From positions 13,289 to 77,288 of the forward strand of contig CAWGVG010000009.1 in NCBI GenBank assembly GCA_963825865.1: a stretch of DNA of 64,000 nt, in the 5' to 3' direction. The position numbers were made by a program, and so were the translations under genes. A model generated the notes under the pieces. It had not been told where the DNA came from. It ran no database searches and saw only the letters and a program-made list of their open reading frames with translations. Below, piece after piece: positions 33,820 to 45,769 of this stretch (positions are counted from its first letter, which is position 1; every line of letters begins with the position of its first letter). Source of the stretch: an uncultured Nitrososphaeraceae archaeon (GTDB taxonomy: Archaea > Thermoproteota > Nitrososphaeria > Nitrososphaerales > Nitrososphaeraceae).

Positions 33820-34304
33820 ATGTAATTTGATAGCTTTGTATAATAATGTACTACAGCACTCAATCTTACAGACTAGGGAAAGTCAACAATTCTGATATTA
33901 TCATTCATTTTCATGATCTTGCAAAGTTATTATATTGTCAGTATTTTTTGCAGATATACAGAGCTAAGCAATATTGCGATACCATTATAGAATTTGTATC
34001 GAACATGATAAACGACTTTGCCATTGCTTTTTTCTTAGAAATGATATTCTAAGAAGGTTGTTATTAGAATTTGAATTGTTCTCTTATTTAGTATAATGAA
34101 ATTTGATGTAATTTGATTCCATTAGCAATAACTAAGTGTAATAAATAACTGATGTATGACAGAAGACAAGAAACAATCAATCGATCGAATCTAGTTATTT
34201 TTATGAGCTGTTTTTAACAGTTTCAGATGAAGAATTATTGTTAATTTATTCTATAAACACATATTATATATTTGCTCGTCATCTCATCCCATTGGTATTA
34301 AAAT

Positions 34305-34808
34305 ATGATCAATGAAGAATATGTACAATTTCACGGGAGGATGAAATTATTAGCAGAAATGGAAAAACAGTTTGATAATCAAAATGAACAATATTTCAAG
34401 TGCCTACTGACTCATACTGATAATGTAATTAGAACGCGTGCAGTATGCATTTTAGCCGATCTAGCTGGTGAAGATGCAGTCGAACCTATAAGTCAAGTTC
34501 TCAAGAAAGACAATAATGCATTAGTTAGACACGAGGCAGCGTTTTCACTTGGTCAACTTGGTTTTACGAGCGCAGTAAATGCGCTCTCTGATGCGGTAAA
34601 GTTAGATCCAAGTCTATTTGTTAGACACGAAGCAGCAATTGCTTTGGGAGTAATAGGTTCTGAAGAAGCAAGGAAGATCCTTAATAAAGCATTAAATGAT
34701 GATGAGAGTGAAGAAGTAAAAAGCTCTGCAATCATCGCACTTGCAAATCTTGACTATATCTCAATCATGAAAAGAAATAATGAATTCACTAAAATGACAG
34801 GAGGATGA
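34305..34808 (+). CDS. HEAT-repeat (PBS lyase/DOHH-like) protein
   Basis: Repeated VRHEAA..LG motifs. Confidence 0.88.
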   Translation: MINEEYVQFHGRMKLLAEMEKQFDNQNEQYFKCLLTHTDNVIRTRAVCILADLAGEDAVEPISQVLKKDNNALVRHEAAFSLGQLGFTSAVNALSDAVKLDPSLFVRHEAAIALGVIGSEEARKILNKALNDDESEEVKSSAIIALANLDYISIMKRNNEFTKMTGG

Positions 34809-34856
34809 GTGATTCGCTTATACCTCTATCTTTACTATAAAATATGCAAACATCAA

Positions 34857-36959
34857 CTAGTGAGCTGAGACAATTGAACCATCAGTACCCATAACAAATT
34901 GATAAATATTATCAACATTGGAATCTTCAAAGATTTGCGCGTCATGCGTTATTATTACAATTTGAGATAGAGGTCCAACTCCTTCTCTGAATGCATCTGA
35001 AATAATTTTCACTAGAGCTTTTCGTCTTTCGTCATCCAAATTGGTTGTTGGTTCGTCCAAAAAAATGAAATCCAGTTTGTTTGAACCCATCATATATGCA
35101 ATTGCCAATCTCAGTGCAAGTGCCACTGCAACTTTTTCGCCTCCACTTAGAGAATCCATATCAATTTCGCCGTGCCTTCCAAAACACATCACCTCTACGT
35201 CTCGCGCCTTTTCTGTTAAGTCTATTCTTGAAATGCCAATATTAAACATTGAAGCATAGTCTGAGGCCTTCAAAGATATCATTTTCAATGCCCATGAACG
35301 AAGACTCAATCCAACAAATCCGTCCCTGTTAAATACTTCTGACCTGATATCTTCCAGCGTATTGACGTATTCAGCAGCATGTTCAAGTTCAGCAAGAATC
35401 TTGTTTGATGTATCTATAATTTCTGTGGCCTCTTGAATAGATCTCTGCGATGCTCCTATTTTTGTATTGATTTCAAGAAGTTCGTTTGAAAGCCTCGTAC
35501 GATTGAGCTTTGCATCTGTATATTCTTGTATTTTTAGTTCTTTTGTTTGCTCTCTCATTATACTGATTTTTTCAGCCAAGGACTTTGAAAAGTCATCAAT
35601 TCCCAGCTGGAAGGGACCTTTTTCTACCTTTATGATATTCTTTGGAAGTTTTGATAAATCAGCTTTCTTTTGAAGAAGTTCTTCCTCTAATGATACTATA
35701 TCTTGAAGGTTTGCAATACAATTTGTTGCTAGGAACTTTTCAGCTACTGCGACTTTCCTTTCTTTTTCTTCAAATGTATTTTCTTCCCTCTTAAGATTGG
35801 CCCTTTCTTTTAGTTCTTTGGTTTGCTCATCTATTTTCTGTTTTATTTCTTTTTGAATATGATTCACATCGAATACTTTATTAATTGTAGCAACGGATGA
35901 ACTACAAACAGGACATTTCCCATCCTTAATTTCTAGCCTGCTAGTACATTCTAACAATCCTTTTAGTCTTCCAGATTCTCCTTCATTATTGACAATTCTC
36001 TGTTGCACGTCTTCTAACTCTGCTCTTATCATCTGAAGGTTGATTTTGATTCCATCCTTTTCTGAGAAAATTACTAGGGAGTTACGGCCCTCCTTGGTAA
36101 TACGCTCTAGTTTTACAATGTCACTGTAAATGCGATCTTTTGTTTCATTTACATATTTGACAAGAGCATTCTCAATTGTCTGTAGTTCCCGCGCTTGTAG
36201 AATCAAAGGTTCCATACGTTCGATCTCTTTTTCGATACAACGTAATTTTCCGTCAATTACATTACTATGATTTTTTAATTGGTTCAGAAGATGTTCTAAT
36301 TCATAAAGATCTGCCATCTTTTGTTTGATTCCTCTTCTAATTGATTCAATTTGTTTGTCATCAAACCCTCCATTATGATCACGCAATCTTTCTCTAAAGC
36401 CGTCAATCACATCGTGCATAGTCTGATAAGCAAGATCTAGCCTGTCAATGCCAATCAAATTGTTCAGCAACTCTTTGAATTCCTTAGGCTGTGACTCAAT
36501 TATTTTGCTGAGCTCTCCTTGCTGGATGATTGCGGCTATTTTTAATTTCTTATAATCCATTCCGAGCACCTTTGCAACCTCTGCAGTCATAGATTCACCA
36601 AATTGCTTTCTTTCCCCAGAAATTATAATGCGTCGGTTGATATTGTTGTCCTCCCCGCCAGATAAGAATTCAAATTTCGCTGATATAGACTGTCCGGAAC
36701 CGCCTAACTGTCTGTATGCGCTATATTCTCTGGAGCCAATAGAAAAGTTCAGATGTACATATGATGATGATGTGCCTCTACGTATAAGGTTCTTGTTTGA
36801 TTTTCTTGTATGCTCTCCAAACAAAGCGAATGTTATTGCATCAATTACGCTCGATTTACCTGAACCATTATGACCAACAAAAATTGTAATTCCCTTATCG
36901 AACACTAGTGTAGTATTATTATGTGAAATGAAGTTATGTATCTTTATGTCTTTCATCAT
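34857..36959 (-). CDS. rad50: Rad50/SbcC ATPase
   Basis: GHNGSGKSS, Q-loop QQGE, CPVC zinc hook, LSGGE, LDEPT, ITHD. Confidence 0.95.
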   Translation of the reverse strand: MMKDIKIHNFISHNNTTLVFDKGITIFVGHNGSGKSSVIDAITFALFGEHTRKSNKNLIRRGTSSSYVHLNFSIGSREYSAYRQLGGSGQSISAKFEFLSGGEDNNINRRIIISGERKQFGESMTAEVAKVLGMDYKKLKIAAIIQQGELSKIIESQPKEFKELLNNLIGIDRLDLAYQTMHDVIDGFRERLRDHNGGFDDKQIESIRRGIKQKMADLYELEHLLNQLKNHSNVIDGKLRCIEKEIERMEPLILQARELQTIENALVKYVNETKDRIYSDIVKLERITKEGRNSLVIFSEKDGIKINLQMIRAELEDVQQRIVNNEGESGRLKGLLECTSRLEIKDGKCPVCSSSVATINKVFDVNHIQKEIKQKIDEQTKELKERANLKREENTFEEKERKVAVAEKFLATNCIANLQDIVSLEEELLQKKADLSKLPKNIIKVEKGPFQLGIDDFSKSLAEKISIMREQTKELKIQEYTDAKLNRTRLSNELLEINTKIGASQRSIQEATEIIDTSNKILAELEHAAEYVNTLEDIRSEVFNRDGFVGLSLRSWALKMISLKASDYASMFNIGISRIDLTEKARDVEVMCFGRHGEIDMDSLSGGEKVAVALALRLAIAYMMGSNKLDFIFLDEPTTNLDDERRKALVKIISDAFREGVGPLSQIVIITHDAQIFEDSNVDNIYQFVMGTDGSIVSAH

Positions 36960-38155
36960 ATGCTGGTTTTCGATTCTCCTAATACTCTATTGTTAGCTGT
37001 CTTCTTAGTATCATTATAGATTTTCCACAAAATATCCAATGCTGCACTTGCATCTCCACTACCTGCCAAAGGTAGAATATCGTTTATAGCAAGTGACGCC
37101 AGACCTTCCGATTTTAATGCTTCCTTTGCAAGTCTTTTCAATTCGCTATCTATATCAACAGGTTTTCCATTATAGGATAGCGGAGACGACGAAGACTGCT
37201 GCTCTATTGGCTGCCAAACATAATGCAGACAGGAATTATTTAGTTTTACGAGTTGTGTTGCTACAACTTTGGAATCAATTTGCTTTCCTGATATCTTTAA
37301 CATTGCTATGGGTTTCTTTTTATAACCCATAGTTTTTTTAATAATACCTAATAATTCATCTGCAATTGATTCATAATTTATGTCTGCAGCAAACTGTGCT
37401 CTTCTTTTCTCTAACTTTACCCAGTTTGTTGTTACTTCTTGTGCAGACATATCTGTCAGAAAGAATCCCTTCTCGACTTCCTTAATTCCCTCACTCGGGC
37501 TCAGATCAATTGAACCTGGATAAGATATCAACCCATCGAGGTAATCAAATCTCTTTTCGATATGATCATGATAATGTCCCATAGCATAGTAGTCAATTCC
37601 CTTCGGAAGGTCAGTAGAATTCAGTTCCCCCGCAAATCTGTTAAAATCTGCAAGACCCTGATGAAGCACAAGAATATTCTTGTTATTCTTTGCTCCATCG
37701 GCACCTTTTTGTTGTTTTGCTAGCTGCTCCGTAGTTTTGAATTGTTGCAAAAGACTCTCAATATTAGTTTTCCTCTCTTTATCAAAACCAAAAATAGTTA
37801 TATTGCCATATCGTATAGGCTGATTTTCCTTTAGTCTGGTAGCCAATCTGAGGTTATGAAAGACGTATGGAACAGGAACATCCTGCATTCTGTTAATATC
37901 GTGTTCTCCAAGAATGAAATATACAGGGATAGCCATCTCCTTAAGTTTTTTGAGTTGATTCGCTAGCTTGATTATTGACGCCCCGCTTGGTCGCGGAGTA
38001 TGAAAAATATCGCCTGCAAGTATAATTATTTCTGCATGTTCTTCTATTGATTTGTCAATTGCCTCTTCAAATATTTCATAAATGTCTTCTTCTCTTTCCT
38101 GTAGATTGAATTGTGAGTATCCAAGATGAATATCAGAGATATGGGAAATTAACAA
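36956..38155 (-). CDS. mre11: Mre11/SbcD nuclease
   Basis: SDIHLG, AGDIF, GEHD, HQG, GHYH, YPGS; 4-bp overlap with rad50. Confidence 0.95.
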   Translation of the reverse strand: MLISHISDIHLGYSQFNLQEREEDIYEIFEEAIDKSIEEHAEIIILAGDIFHTPRPSGASIIKLANQLKKLKEMAIPVYFILGEHDINRMQDVPVPYVFHNLRLATRLKENQPIRYGNITIFGFDKERKTNIESLLQQFKTTEQLAKQQKGADGAKNNKNILVLHQGLADFNRFAGELNSTDLPKGIDYYAMGHYHDHIEKRFDYLDGLISYPGSIDLSPSEGIKEVEKGFFLTDMSAQEVTTNWVKLEKRRAQFAADINYESIADELLGIIKKTMGYKKKPIAMLKISGKQIDSKVVATQLVKLNNSCLHYVWQPIEQQSSSSPLSYNGKPVDIDSELKRLAKEALKSEGLASLAINDILPLAGSGDASAALDILWKIYNDTKKTANNRVLGESKTSI

Positions 38156-38520
38156 AGCAAACTTTCAAAGAAAGTTATACACGATATAATATTATATCTG
38201 TTTTCATATCTTTTTTAATGCCGTTCTACGTTGTTAAGAGGAGCCTATAACACCCAAGACAGCTGCCGCTATAATCATGTAGGCATGCATGATCGATATT
38301 TGAGTAGATGTGTCACATGCACTTGAGCCGTTACTTAAAAGAAAGAAGTCCATCCTTCGATATGGCATTTAGAAGAAGCTGCTTTTTTGATGATCTTCTG
38401 TCATAGTATATACATACAGAAATACACTCACACATAGAGAGGCCATTATATCAATCCTGGACGTAGCCTTTCCTAATATATGATTGGGTCGATTCTCTGG
38501 CCATTTGGTTTTGAATTTGA

Positions 38521-40005
38521 CTATTTTTCCATTCTGCAACTGGATCTCGGATCGGCTCCCATCATCCGATCCTTTGCCTCATCTATCCTGGCAAAAGAGG
38601 GCAAATTGACCCACTGGCCTATCAAAAGAGCTTCTCCTGGATTAAGAGAAGGTAGCTGTTCTAAGAGCTTAGGACTCAATGATTCACTTGCTGCTGCTAC
38701 TTGGGTTTGATCTTCCTGTTGAACAATTTTCATTATTGCTAATGAACCCATCTGACTTAAGACAGCAGAATCAATTGAACGAGGGCGCTGAGAAACTACG
38801 ATTAAACCCATACCAAATTTCCTTCCTTCTCTTGCAACTTTTGCAGCAAAATATTTTGTATCAGTATACTCTTGTTTGGGAATAAAGACATGGGCTTCTT
38901 CAATCACTACTAATATTGGGTTCTTGAATCTGACAAAATCGCTGCCATTATTATTGTTTTTATTGATATTTTTTGCATTCTTACGATCCGCAAGTAAGGA
39001 TTCCAAGTAAAAAGCTATTGCTATATTTGCCTGTTTTTCAGTTAATTCTAGTAAACTGATTATGTTTACCTTGCCTTCCTTTATCATTGCCACTGGGTCG
39101 GATGCATCCGCTTGTAGGATATTCCTGAGTTTTCTACGTGCTTCCTTGACTTTGTCCTTAACCCTTTCTGCAGATGATTTAGTACGCTTTTCCATTTTCT
39201 CTATATTTTCTATATTTTCTTCAAGGGTCTGCCAAAAGTCATCTTCTACCCTCTGCTTGAGATCATCATCAAATGCCTTTGATAGGATAGTTTTTTGGAC
39301 GTCTGCAATATCTCTGATTTCTATAACTTCGGCAAATTTATCAGTGGATAATAACCTTGGATTTATCTTTGCAGGAATAAGATTTGCATTTCTTATATTG
39401 AGTCCTTTATAGTCATCATGATAATCAAAAATAGTCATTGTTCCTGGAATTTCTGAAACAGCTTTCGCAATCAGTGTAACAAGGTTGCTTTTTCCCATCC
39501 CTGTCATGGCAAGTATTCCAAGGTGTCTTGTAGTCACCTTATTGATGTTGATTTTAACCTCAACATCTTTTTGTCTAAGTAATGTTCCAATTCTTAGCCA
39601 TTCATCCTTCACTGGCTCAAAAATAATTTTCAATTCATTGGGTCTTGTTTCGAAAACTTCAGTTCCTGGCAAGGGAGGAATTTCTGGAATTATTGTTTTA
39701 CATTTTTGTAGCTCTTCAATAAGACCCAAGATTTTTACATTTGCTTTATAGCTCTTGTCACGTCTATTTTCGGATGCTATCTGTTTGCTCTCCAGCGCTT
39801 CTTCAAAGTTAGAAATATCATCACTCAGAGCCTCACTTTCAATTGAAGAGGATTCAACAACTCCGAGAACTTTTCTGCCTTGTGAATTTAGTATAACAAC
39901 ATATTCGCCAAGACTTATAGGGCGTCTGGCTTCAAACGTCACCCGGTCTGGTTTCGTGGGACCTACGACAATACCAATTTCCAAAGATCCATTGTTATCG
40001 TTCAT
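38521..40005 (-). CDS. herA: HerA helicase/ATPase (HAS barrel plus ATPase)
   Basis: RHLGILAMTGMGKS, EEAH, AREGRKFG, SQRP, GEAL. Confidence 0.93.
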   Translation of the reverse strand: MNDNNGSLEIGIVVGPTKPDRVTFEARRPISLGEYVVILNSQGRKVLGVVESSSIESEALSDDISNFEEALESKQIASENRRDKSYKANVKILGLIEELQKCKTIIPEIPPLPGTEVFETRPNELKIIFEPVKDEWLRIGTLLRQKDVEVKININKVTTRHLGILAMTGMGKSNLVTLIAKAVSEIPGTMTIFDYHDDYKGLNIRNANLIPAKINPRLLSTDKFAEVIEIRDIADVQKTILSKAFDDDLKQRVEDDFWQTLEENIENIEKMEKRTKSSAERVKDKVKEARRKLRNILQADASDPVAMIKEGKVNIISLLELTEKQANIAIAFYLESLLADRKNAKNINKNNNNGSDFVRFKNPILVVIEEAHVFIPKQEYTDTKYFAAKVAREGRKFGMGLIVVSQRPRSIDSAVLSQMGSLAIMKIVQQEDQTQVAAASESLSPKLLEQLPSLNPGEALLIGQWVNLPSFARIDEAKDRMMGADPRSSCRMEK

Positions 40006-40299
40006 TCAGAGCATCAGCCCACACAGTATATCTTACCAATAAACTATAGGGATCATAACCCTGCCTGCTATATATCTTCATTATGTATTTTGCATGTTTG
40101 GACTATAACAAGCTAGCCTAAAAATTTTGATACGTTTTTTAAAATAGTAGTAGCATCATCAGGAAAGACCTTCTAATAATAATATATAGAGGTATTTTGC
40201 GTATGACTATTATCGCTGCTGCATTCTTTTTTTGCTCATTGCAGTAATTTCGTTAGTGATCACACAAAAAAATAGAAAACAAAAAATTATTCAATAAGA

Positions 40300-41356
40300 C
40301 TACGTCATTATCTCACTGAGACGTCCTTTTTTGCTCGCTATTTTTATTTCACGTGCTATTCTTCTTCCCATACTCATAGGTTCATTAAAAATTAATCCAG
40401 AATAAGGCGAGCCATCGAGATAGAGGTTTGTTCCTGCAACGATCCTTGCCGAAAACTCAAATGCGATAAATTTTCCTTCTCTGTCATATACACCTTCAAG
40501 GCAAAAAGGACCTGTCATAGCTGGTGGCGGTACAAGGCGTTTTGCTCGCCTCTACAAATCTTTCTCCCATCGCATAAGCTTCCACAAGTAATGATTCTCT
40601 TAAAACAAGTGGAATGTTGCCCACGACGTTATATGATGGCTCCAATTCCACACCAAGCTGTTGTTTAGCAGGAATTCTGCCTATACCGTCAATATCAGAT
40701 TCGTACCTTTTGTCGACACCCATCAGCTCTAGCTCATTAGTTAATGGGGAATAAAAGAACTGCAGATAGGTTGGAACGCCCATGACATATTCCTGGATAT
40801 ATAAATCATCTTCATTTTTGATCGCATTCTGCTCAACCAATTTCCTAGCACCTTCTTCGAAAGTTTTCTTATTCCAAGCCAGAAAATAACCACGTCCACC
40901 TGCTGCTCCATGCAATTTTACAATACATAGTTTCCCAATATCGTTTTTCGATTTGATGTGTCTTGGAGTAATCAATTGGGATTCCTCCATTAGTTTCTGT
41001 TTTAGTTCCCTATCTGCTTCCCATCGCAGAATCCATTTGTTTCCAAAAATTGGAGTAGTGAGGCTTTCGATCTGTTCACTGTTCATATATGCAATTAATG
41101 TCCCAATAGGAATGATGATAGAATTAGTTTGACTGAGACGTTGTTGACACGAATGACCTAAAATTTCATTAAAATTTTCCACTACAATCATCTCATCGAT
41201 AAAGTTAAATCTTTTGTAAAGACTGAGTCGTCTTTTCTCACAGACTAGCAGTGTTCTAAAACCTTCAATTTTTGCACCTTTTAGCACTTGGAGCGAACAA
41301 TGGGATCCTAGTGTAGCGATTGTATAGCTTTTTTTGTTTAATGCCTTTTTTATCAA
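40300..41356 (-). CDS. purP: PurP-family ATP-grasp ligase (FAICAR synthetase; frameshift near 40525)
   Basis: [50 protein letters not shown]. Confidence 0.93.
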
Positions 41357-41434
41357 GACATGATATAACTATATTCGAGAGATTAAAATACTTCTTCGTA
41401 ATGAATATACTGCTCCAACACTTATGAGGTATTC

Positions 41435-42406
41435 ATGTATAACAAGATAGCACACACTGCTGAGCATGCTTTTATAGGATCACTACAAAAGTTACTTGGT
41501 CAAACGGTAAAAGTCAGAAAGGTAGAGCATTATGAATCTTCTAATACAGCCTTTATTACTATTTCCCAACTCGATTTAGATTTACTATTAAGAGCAGAAT
41601 CAGAAGTAAATTCTCTTATTACAACAGGAAGGAAAATTACGGTCTATTCGTTTGAATCATTAAGCGAAGCAAAAAAATGTCTACCTAAATTACGTGCAAA
41701 CGAAGAAAGAATAACAACATTCCAACCAGTACGTGTCGTAGAAATTGAAGGTCATGATCAATGCGCATGTACAATGGATCATGCAGAGAATATCAGTGAT
41801 TGTGAATTCTTTCTCGTAACTAGGATATCTAAAAGTGGTAACGAACATGAGGTAAATTTTGTAGTAGGAAAACAGGCTAAAGAAACTGCAATCACATTAT
41901 CAGTAAAACTACTAAAGGTTTGTAACGAAATAGGGGCAAACTTAAACACAGTTGAGAACACAGTAAGAAAATTGAAAATTGAAAATGAAGACAATCTTAA
42001 CAAGTTAAAAAAGCTAACTAGAGAAAAGCTCGATAGCCTCAGGTCCGATAACAACAATAATAGTGGAATATCAATTATTCAAGGAATATTTTCTGGGTTA
42101 GAAGAGGAAGAGATTCGTAAATTTGCAGGTACGAAGATTGCTGAATCAAAAAATACACTAATCATCGTTGTCAATTCAAATAACGATTCAGATGCTAATG
42201 CGAATATTGTATTAGCAAGAAACGAGGAGTCGCTAAACGTTGACTGCAATAAATTGTTCAAACAAGTCTCTGGTGCCGATGGAAAGGGTGGAGGAAAACC
42301 TCATTTTGTTACAGGTATGATAAAAAAGAATAGAGTACATAATATTATGAACGAAATTATTCAAGAAATCATTAAGCATAAAAGTACAATAAAACACATA
42401 GTCTGA
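41435..42406 (+). CDS. AlaX-like tRNA editing protein with C-terminal DHHA1 domain
   Basis: HTAEH (HxxxH), RVVEI, CTMDH (CxxxH), GKGGGK. Confidence 0.85.
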   Translation: MYNKIAHTAEHAFIGSLQKLLGQTVKVRKVEHYESSNTAFITISQLDLDLLLRAESEVNSLITTGRKITVYSFESLSEAKKCLPKLRANEERITTFQPVRVVEIEGHDQCACTMDHAENISDCEFFLVTRISKSGNEHEVNFVVGKQAKETAITLSVKLLKVCNEIGANLNTVENTVRKLKIENEDNLNKLKKLTREKLDSLRSDNNNNSGISIIQGIFSGLEEEEIRKFAGTKIAESKNTLIIVVNSNNDSDANANIVLARNEESLNVDCNKLFKQVSGADGKGGGKPHFVTGMIKKNRVHNIMNEIIQEIIKHKSTIKHIV

Positions 42407-42492
42407 TCGAGGGGGCATCGCTTTTATGTAAATATTTAGAATTATATATGTTATCATAGAGACAGCAGAAGAGGAACAATCAATTGCTAAAA

Positions 42493-42693
42493 TCAATGTT
42501 TTTTACCAACTGAGCTGTTATCAGTCTCTTTCTCTACAGCTTCTATATGACATTGATGACCTCTATGTTCCTTATCCAACATTCTTGCTTCTTCATTAGA
42601 GATGGGGAATTGTCCTTCATGAAGATGCGATTCTCCTTCCTTTTCTAAAAGAACTTTTTTGCAATTATCACAGATTAACTGTTGTATTATCAT
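42493..42693 (-). CDS. Small putative metal-binding protein
   Basis: CDNC and H..H.CH. Confidence 0.65.
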   Translation of the reverse strand: MIIQQLICDNCKKVLLEKEGESHLHEGQFPISNEEARMLDKEHRGHQCHIEAVEKETDNSSVGKKH

Positions 42694-43012
42694 TCTAAGA
42701 GTATTTTTAATCTCAATAATATTTAGACTATTCCTTTTTCATAATTTCTATACTGCATTAATTCTGTAAGGCTATTGAATATTTATTTACCAAAAAAGAA
42801 AATCTAATTCCGCTAAAAAATAACGAAATGACAGACACTGCAAAGTTTTTTTCATTATTGCCTATAAGCAAAACAATTAGTTCATTCATGTGTGTATTAT
42901 TTTTTGAGTAATGATAAGTCTTCCATCATATGCTTGTCCAAACAAGCATTGGCAATGGATTATTCAAAAAAAAGCTATAAAAGATTACATCATATGTCTA
43001 AAGCGCTAGCTT

Positions 43013-43318
43013 TTACTTCTTTAATATTCCTTTAAAAGTGTTACGCACAGTTCCAATCATCCCTTTCCGATTTTCCTTCTTTGCAACTAATTTGAAACAC
43101 TCTGGGCATAATGCACGCAAATTAGCCGGGCGATTGTCTTTCAAAGAGCCACTGATATGCTCAAAGTGAGGATGAATACTTGCACTAAATTTTATCGAAC
43201 ACTTTTGGCATCGATGGTGTGCCCTTTCCAAAACTGTTTGCCTTATGCTCATTGTAAGCCGCTCATATTTGCTTTTATCAACCTTCTCGCTTGGAGTCCC
43301 CCCGAAAAATGACAACAT
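43013..43318 (-). CDS. HNH-endonuclease-like small protein
   Basis: R..VLER..HRCQKC...HFEHI.G...DN..ANL..LCPEC; final His of the HNH motif replaced by Phe. Confidence 0.75.
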   Translation of the reverse strand: MLSFFGGTPSEKVDKSKYERLTMSIRQTVLERAHHRCQKCSIKFSASIHPHFEHISGSLKDNRPANLRALCPECFKLVAKKENRKGMIGTVRNTFKGILKK

Positions 43319-43711
43319 TTTATATCAAATTACCTTAAACTTATTTCTTACTGAATGGTTAGAGAGGATTAGATTCTTTGCTTTGATTATGATAGAATAT
43401 ATTATATCTAAATAGTTATACACAAATGGTATTATTATTAACTTTACTCTGAATATTGCTCTTATTACTCTTGCATTTTAGTACACGTAATAACAATACA
43501 AACATCATTAGGTAAGCATTTGTTATCATTATATTATATTTATTTTTAAACTTGTTTTTTGCTAATTTGTCTGTCATTTGATTTCTTATAAGGAGTATTT
43601 TCATGTACAAAACGATATCAGGTAAAATATTTTGATAGCAGCTTTGATAGCAGAAAATGGGATAGATATATTTATATCCATTTGGGATATTATCATTTCA
43701 TTGATATAAAA

Positions 43712-44498
43712 TCATTTTAATGTAGCAACATCTATTTTTGCATATATCTTTTGAAATTTATTCTCCATTTCTTCACGCATAGCTTTCATATCTTGCATTT
43801 CTTTATCTTTCTCATAATTTAGACTCCACACTTTTACCACTAGCTTCCAAAGTTGAATAGTCCAAAAACGTCAGATACTTCATACATTTACTAACATAAA
43901 TTTCTCTTCTCGCTGGCTCCTTCCTTGTGTAATAAGGGCTCTTGTTATGGTCTAAAAACCACTTAGAGTAATCTGTATTTGTTTGGTCGCTAATTACAGA
44001 CTTGAGAAATCTGCGAAAAGAATGCAAAGTTATTTTTCTTCGTCTTTGCTTCCCTTCTTTTCTTTGATCTAAACCTACTATCGTAAGTAACTTTTCGAAT
44101 CAACAATATTTTGATATATGCCATGTGGATTAACACTCTTATTATTGTAAATACTAGATCTTCTTCATTTCTAATTCTTGGTCTTTCTTCATTATTATAT
44201 TTCCATTCCAGCCATTGTTTAAAGTATTGCGTTGCTTCATCTGAGATGTAAATATTCCTTGCAGTTTTTGTCTTTGAATATTCCTTTCTGATATGAATTT
44301 TAGTTGGGTTAACTGTAAATCAACATCTTTTAACCTAATTGCCAGACCCTCTATTGCTCTCATACCACCACTAGCCAAAACTAACAGGTATGCTTTGAGT
44401 CGTCTATTATTACACGAAAGTAAAATCTTTCTAATATCTGAGGCATCTAGGGCTTCATCTTCTCTATATAATTTTGGCATCTTCACCTTTCTCTCCCA
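43712..44498 (-). pseudogene. Tyrosine recombinase/integrase remnant (N-terminus lost at the IS5 junction; frameshifted)
   Basis: LASGGMRAIE (catalytic Arg), TLHSFRR (HxxR), LDH...YY. Confidence 0.85.
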
Positions 44499-45102
44499 TG
44501 TGATTGCTCTTGATAGTACTGGTATCAAAGTAACTAACAGAGAGATGAGTGGCTGCCTCATAAATGGAATGTAAGAAAAGGATATCTCAAGATACACATA
44601 GCTGTTGATATTAAGAAAAAGAAAATTGTTTCACTTGATGTCACAAGTGAAGAAGTACATGATGGCAGCAGATTAAAGAAACTTGTAGACAATGCTTTAG
44701 AAAACAACACTCTGAAAAAAGTAATTGCAGATGGAGCATATGATAATAAAGAAAATTTTCAATATCTTTTAGATAATAATATTGAGGCTGCAATCAAAGT
44801 AAGGAAAAACTCTACTACATATGACAGATCGATAGGCTGTTATTCAAGAAAAATAGATGTGCTGAAGCAGCTAAAGCATTTTGAAAAATGGAAGACCAAA
44901 GTTAGTGATAGCTCTAGGTGGATAGCTGAAACAGTATTCTCATCTTTAAAACGTATGTTTGGAGAACATGTGTCTACAAGGAAGTTTCCAAACATGGTTA
45001 AGGAAATGATGCTAAAAGCATCGTTATACAATATGTTTATTGTAGAAAAATAGATTGTGAAGGCGACCTCACATAGTATGGTCAGGAGTTATGCAACAAT
45101 GC
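44499..45102 (+). mobile_element. 3' half of an IS5-family (IS903-like) element abutting the integrase
   Basis: IALDSTG, YLKIHIAVD, HD, ADGAYD, RWIAETVFSSLKR.FG, LKASLYNMF; end sequence GAGTTATGCAACAATGC is TIR-like. Confidence 0.88.
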
Positions 45103-45258
45103 ACATAACCTCTATTATTTTTTCAATTTTTAATGAATAAGAGTGAGTGAGTAGACTCGCTGTACACTCTTAAAATTTTGTGTTTTAATGCTTCCTTTGT
45201 GGTGGTGGTTGGTCAACTAGCTAGTAGTAAAATACTTCCTACAGTCTACTATTTCATA

Positions 45259-45450
45259 CTAAAATATTTCCTCATCCTTCCTTATTCCTGCTAAGCCAGT
45301 CTTGATCCCTACGGCACATTCCATACAGACACTTGTTGAGAATGGAAAGTTCTTCATACAACTTTTGCAGGTAGGTCTTTTGCATGTTGGACAAGGCTTT
45401 GTAAATGTCTGCATATTACATAAGTAACAGAAGCTCATATACAATATCAA
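45259..45450 (-). CDS. Small Cys-rich zinc-finger protein
   Basis: Four CxxC pairs in 63 aa. Confidence 0.65.
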   Translation of the reverse strand: MILYMSFCYLCNMQTFTKPCPTCKRPTCKSCMKNFPFSTSVCMECAVGIKTGLAGIRKDEEIF

Positions 45451-45769
45451 ATACGCACTTCTTACCTAAAAGTTTATTTGAGTATTTATGTGCAGATGAT
45501 GGTTTAAAAGAGAATTGTGTTTATTTTATTATCACTTAACTAATAGTAGGCTATGCAAAGCAGGAAAGACATTAAGTAACGTGCAGGTAATCACTCACTT
45601 CTACGATATCAATGGCAATAATGTCGGAGGACTCCAGCAAGTACCAATCAGCCCTACAACGCTAAAGTCATTTCAATCTGGAGTATTTAATATTAAAGCG
45701 CCCACATCAGCAATGAGTGTAACGCCATCGTTCCAAGATATGAGATGATGATAAATAATAACTAAGCAA

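Noticed and set aside
44154-44597. 147-aa ORF as a genuine integrase N-terminus
   Set aside because: Its first ~33 codons are the antisense of the IS5 fragment; it is a chimeric junction ORF.
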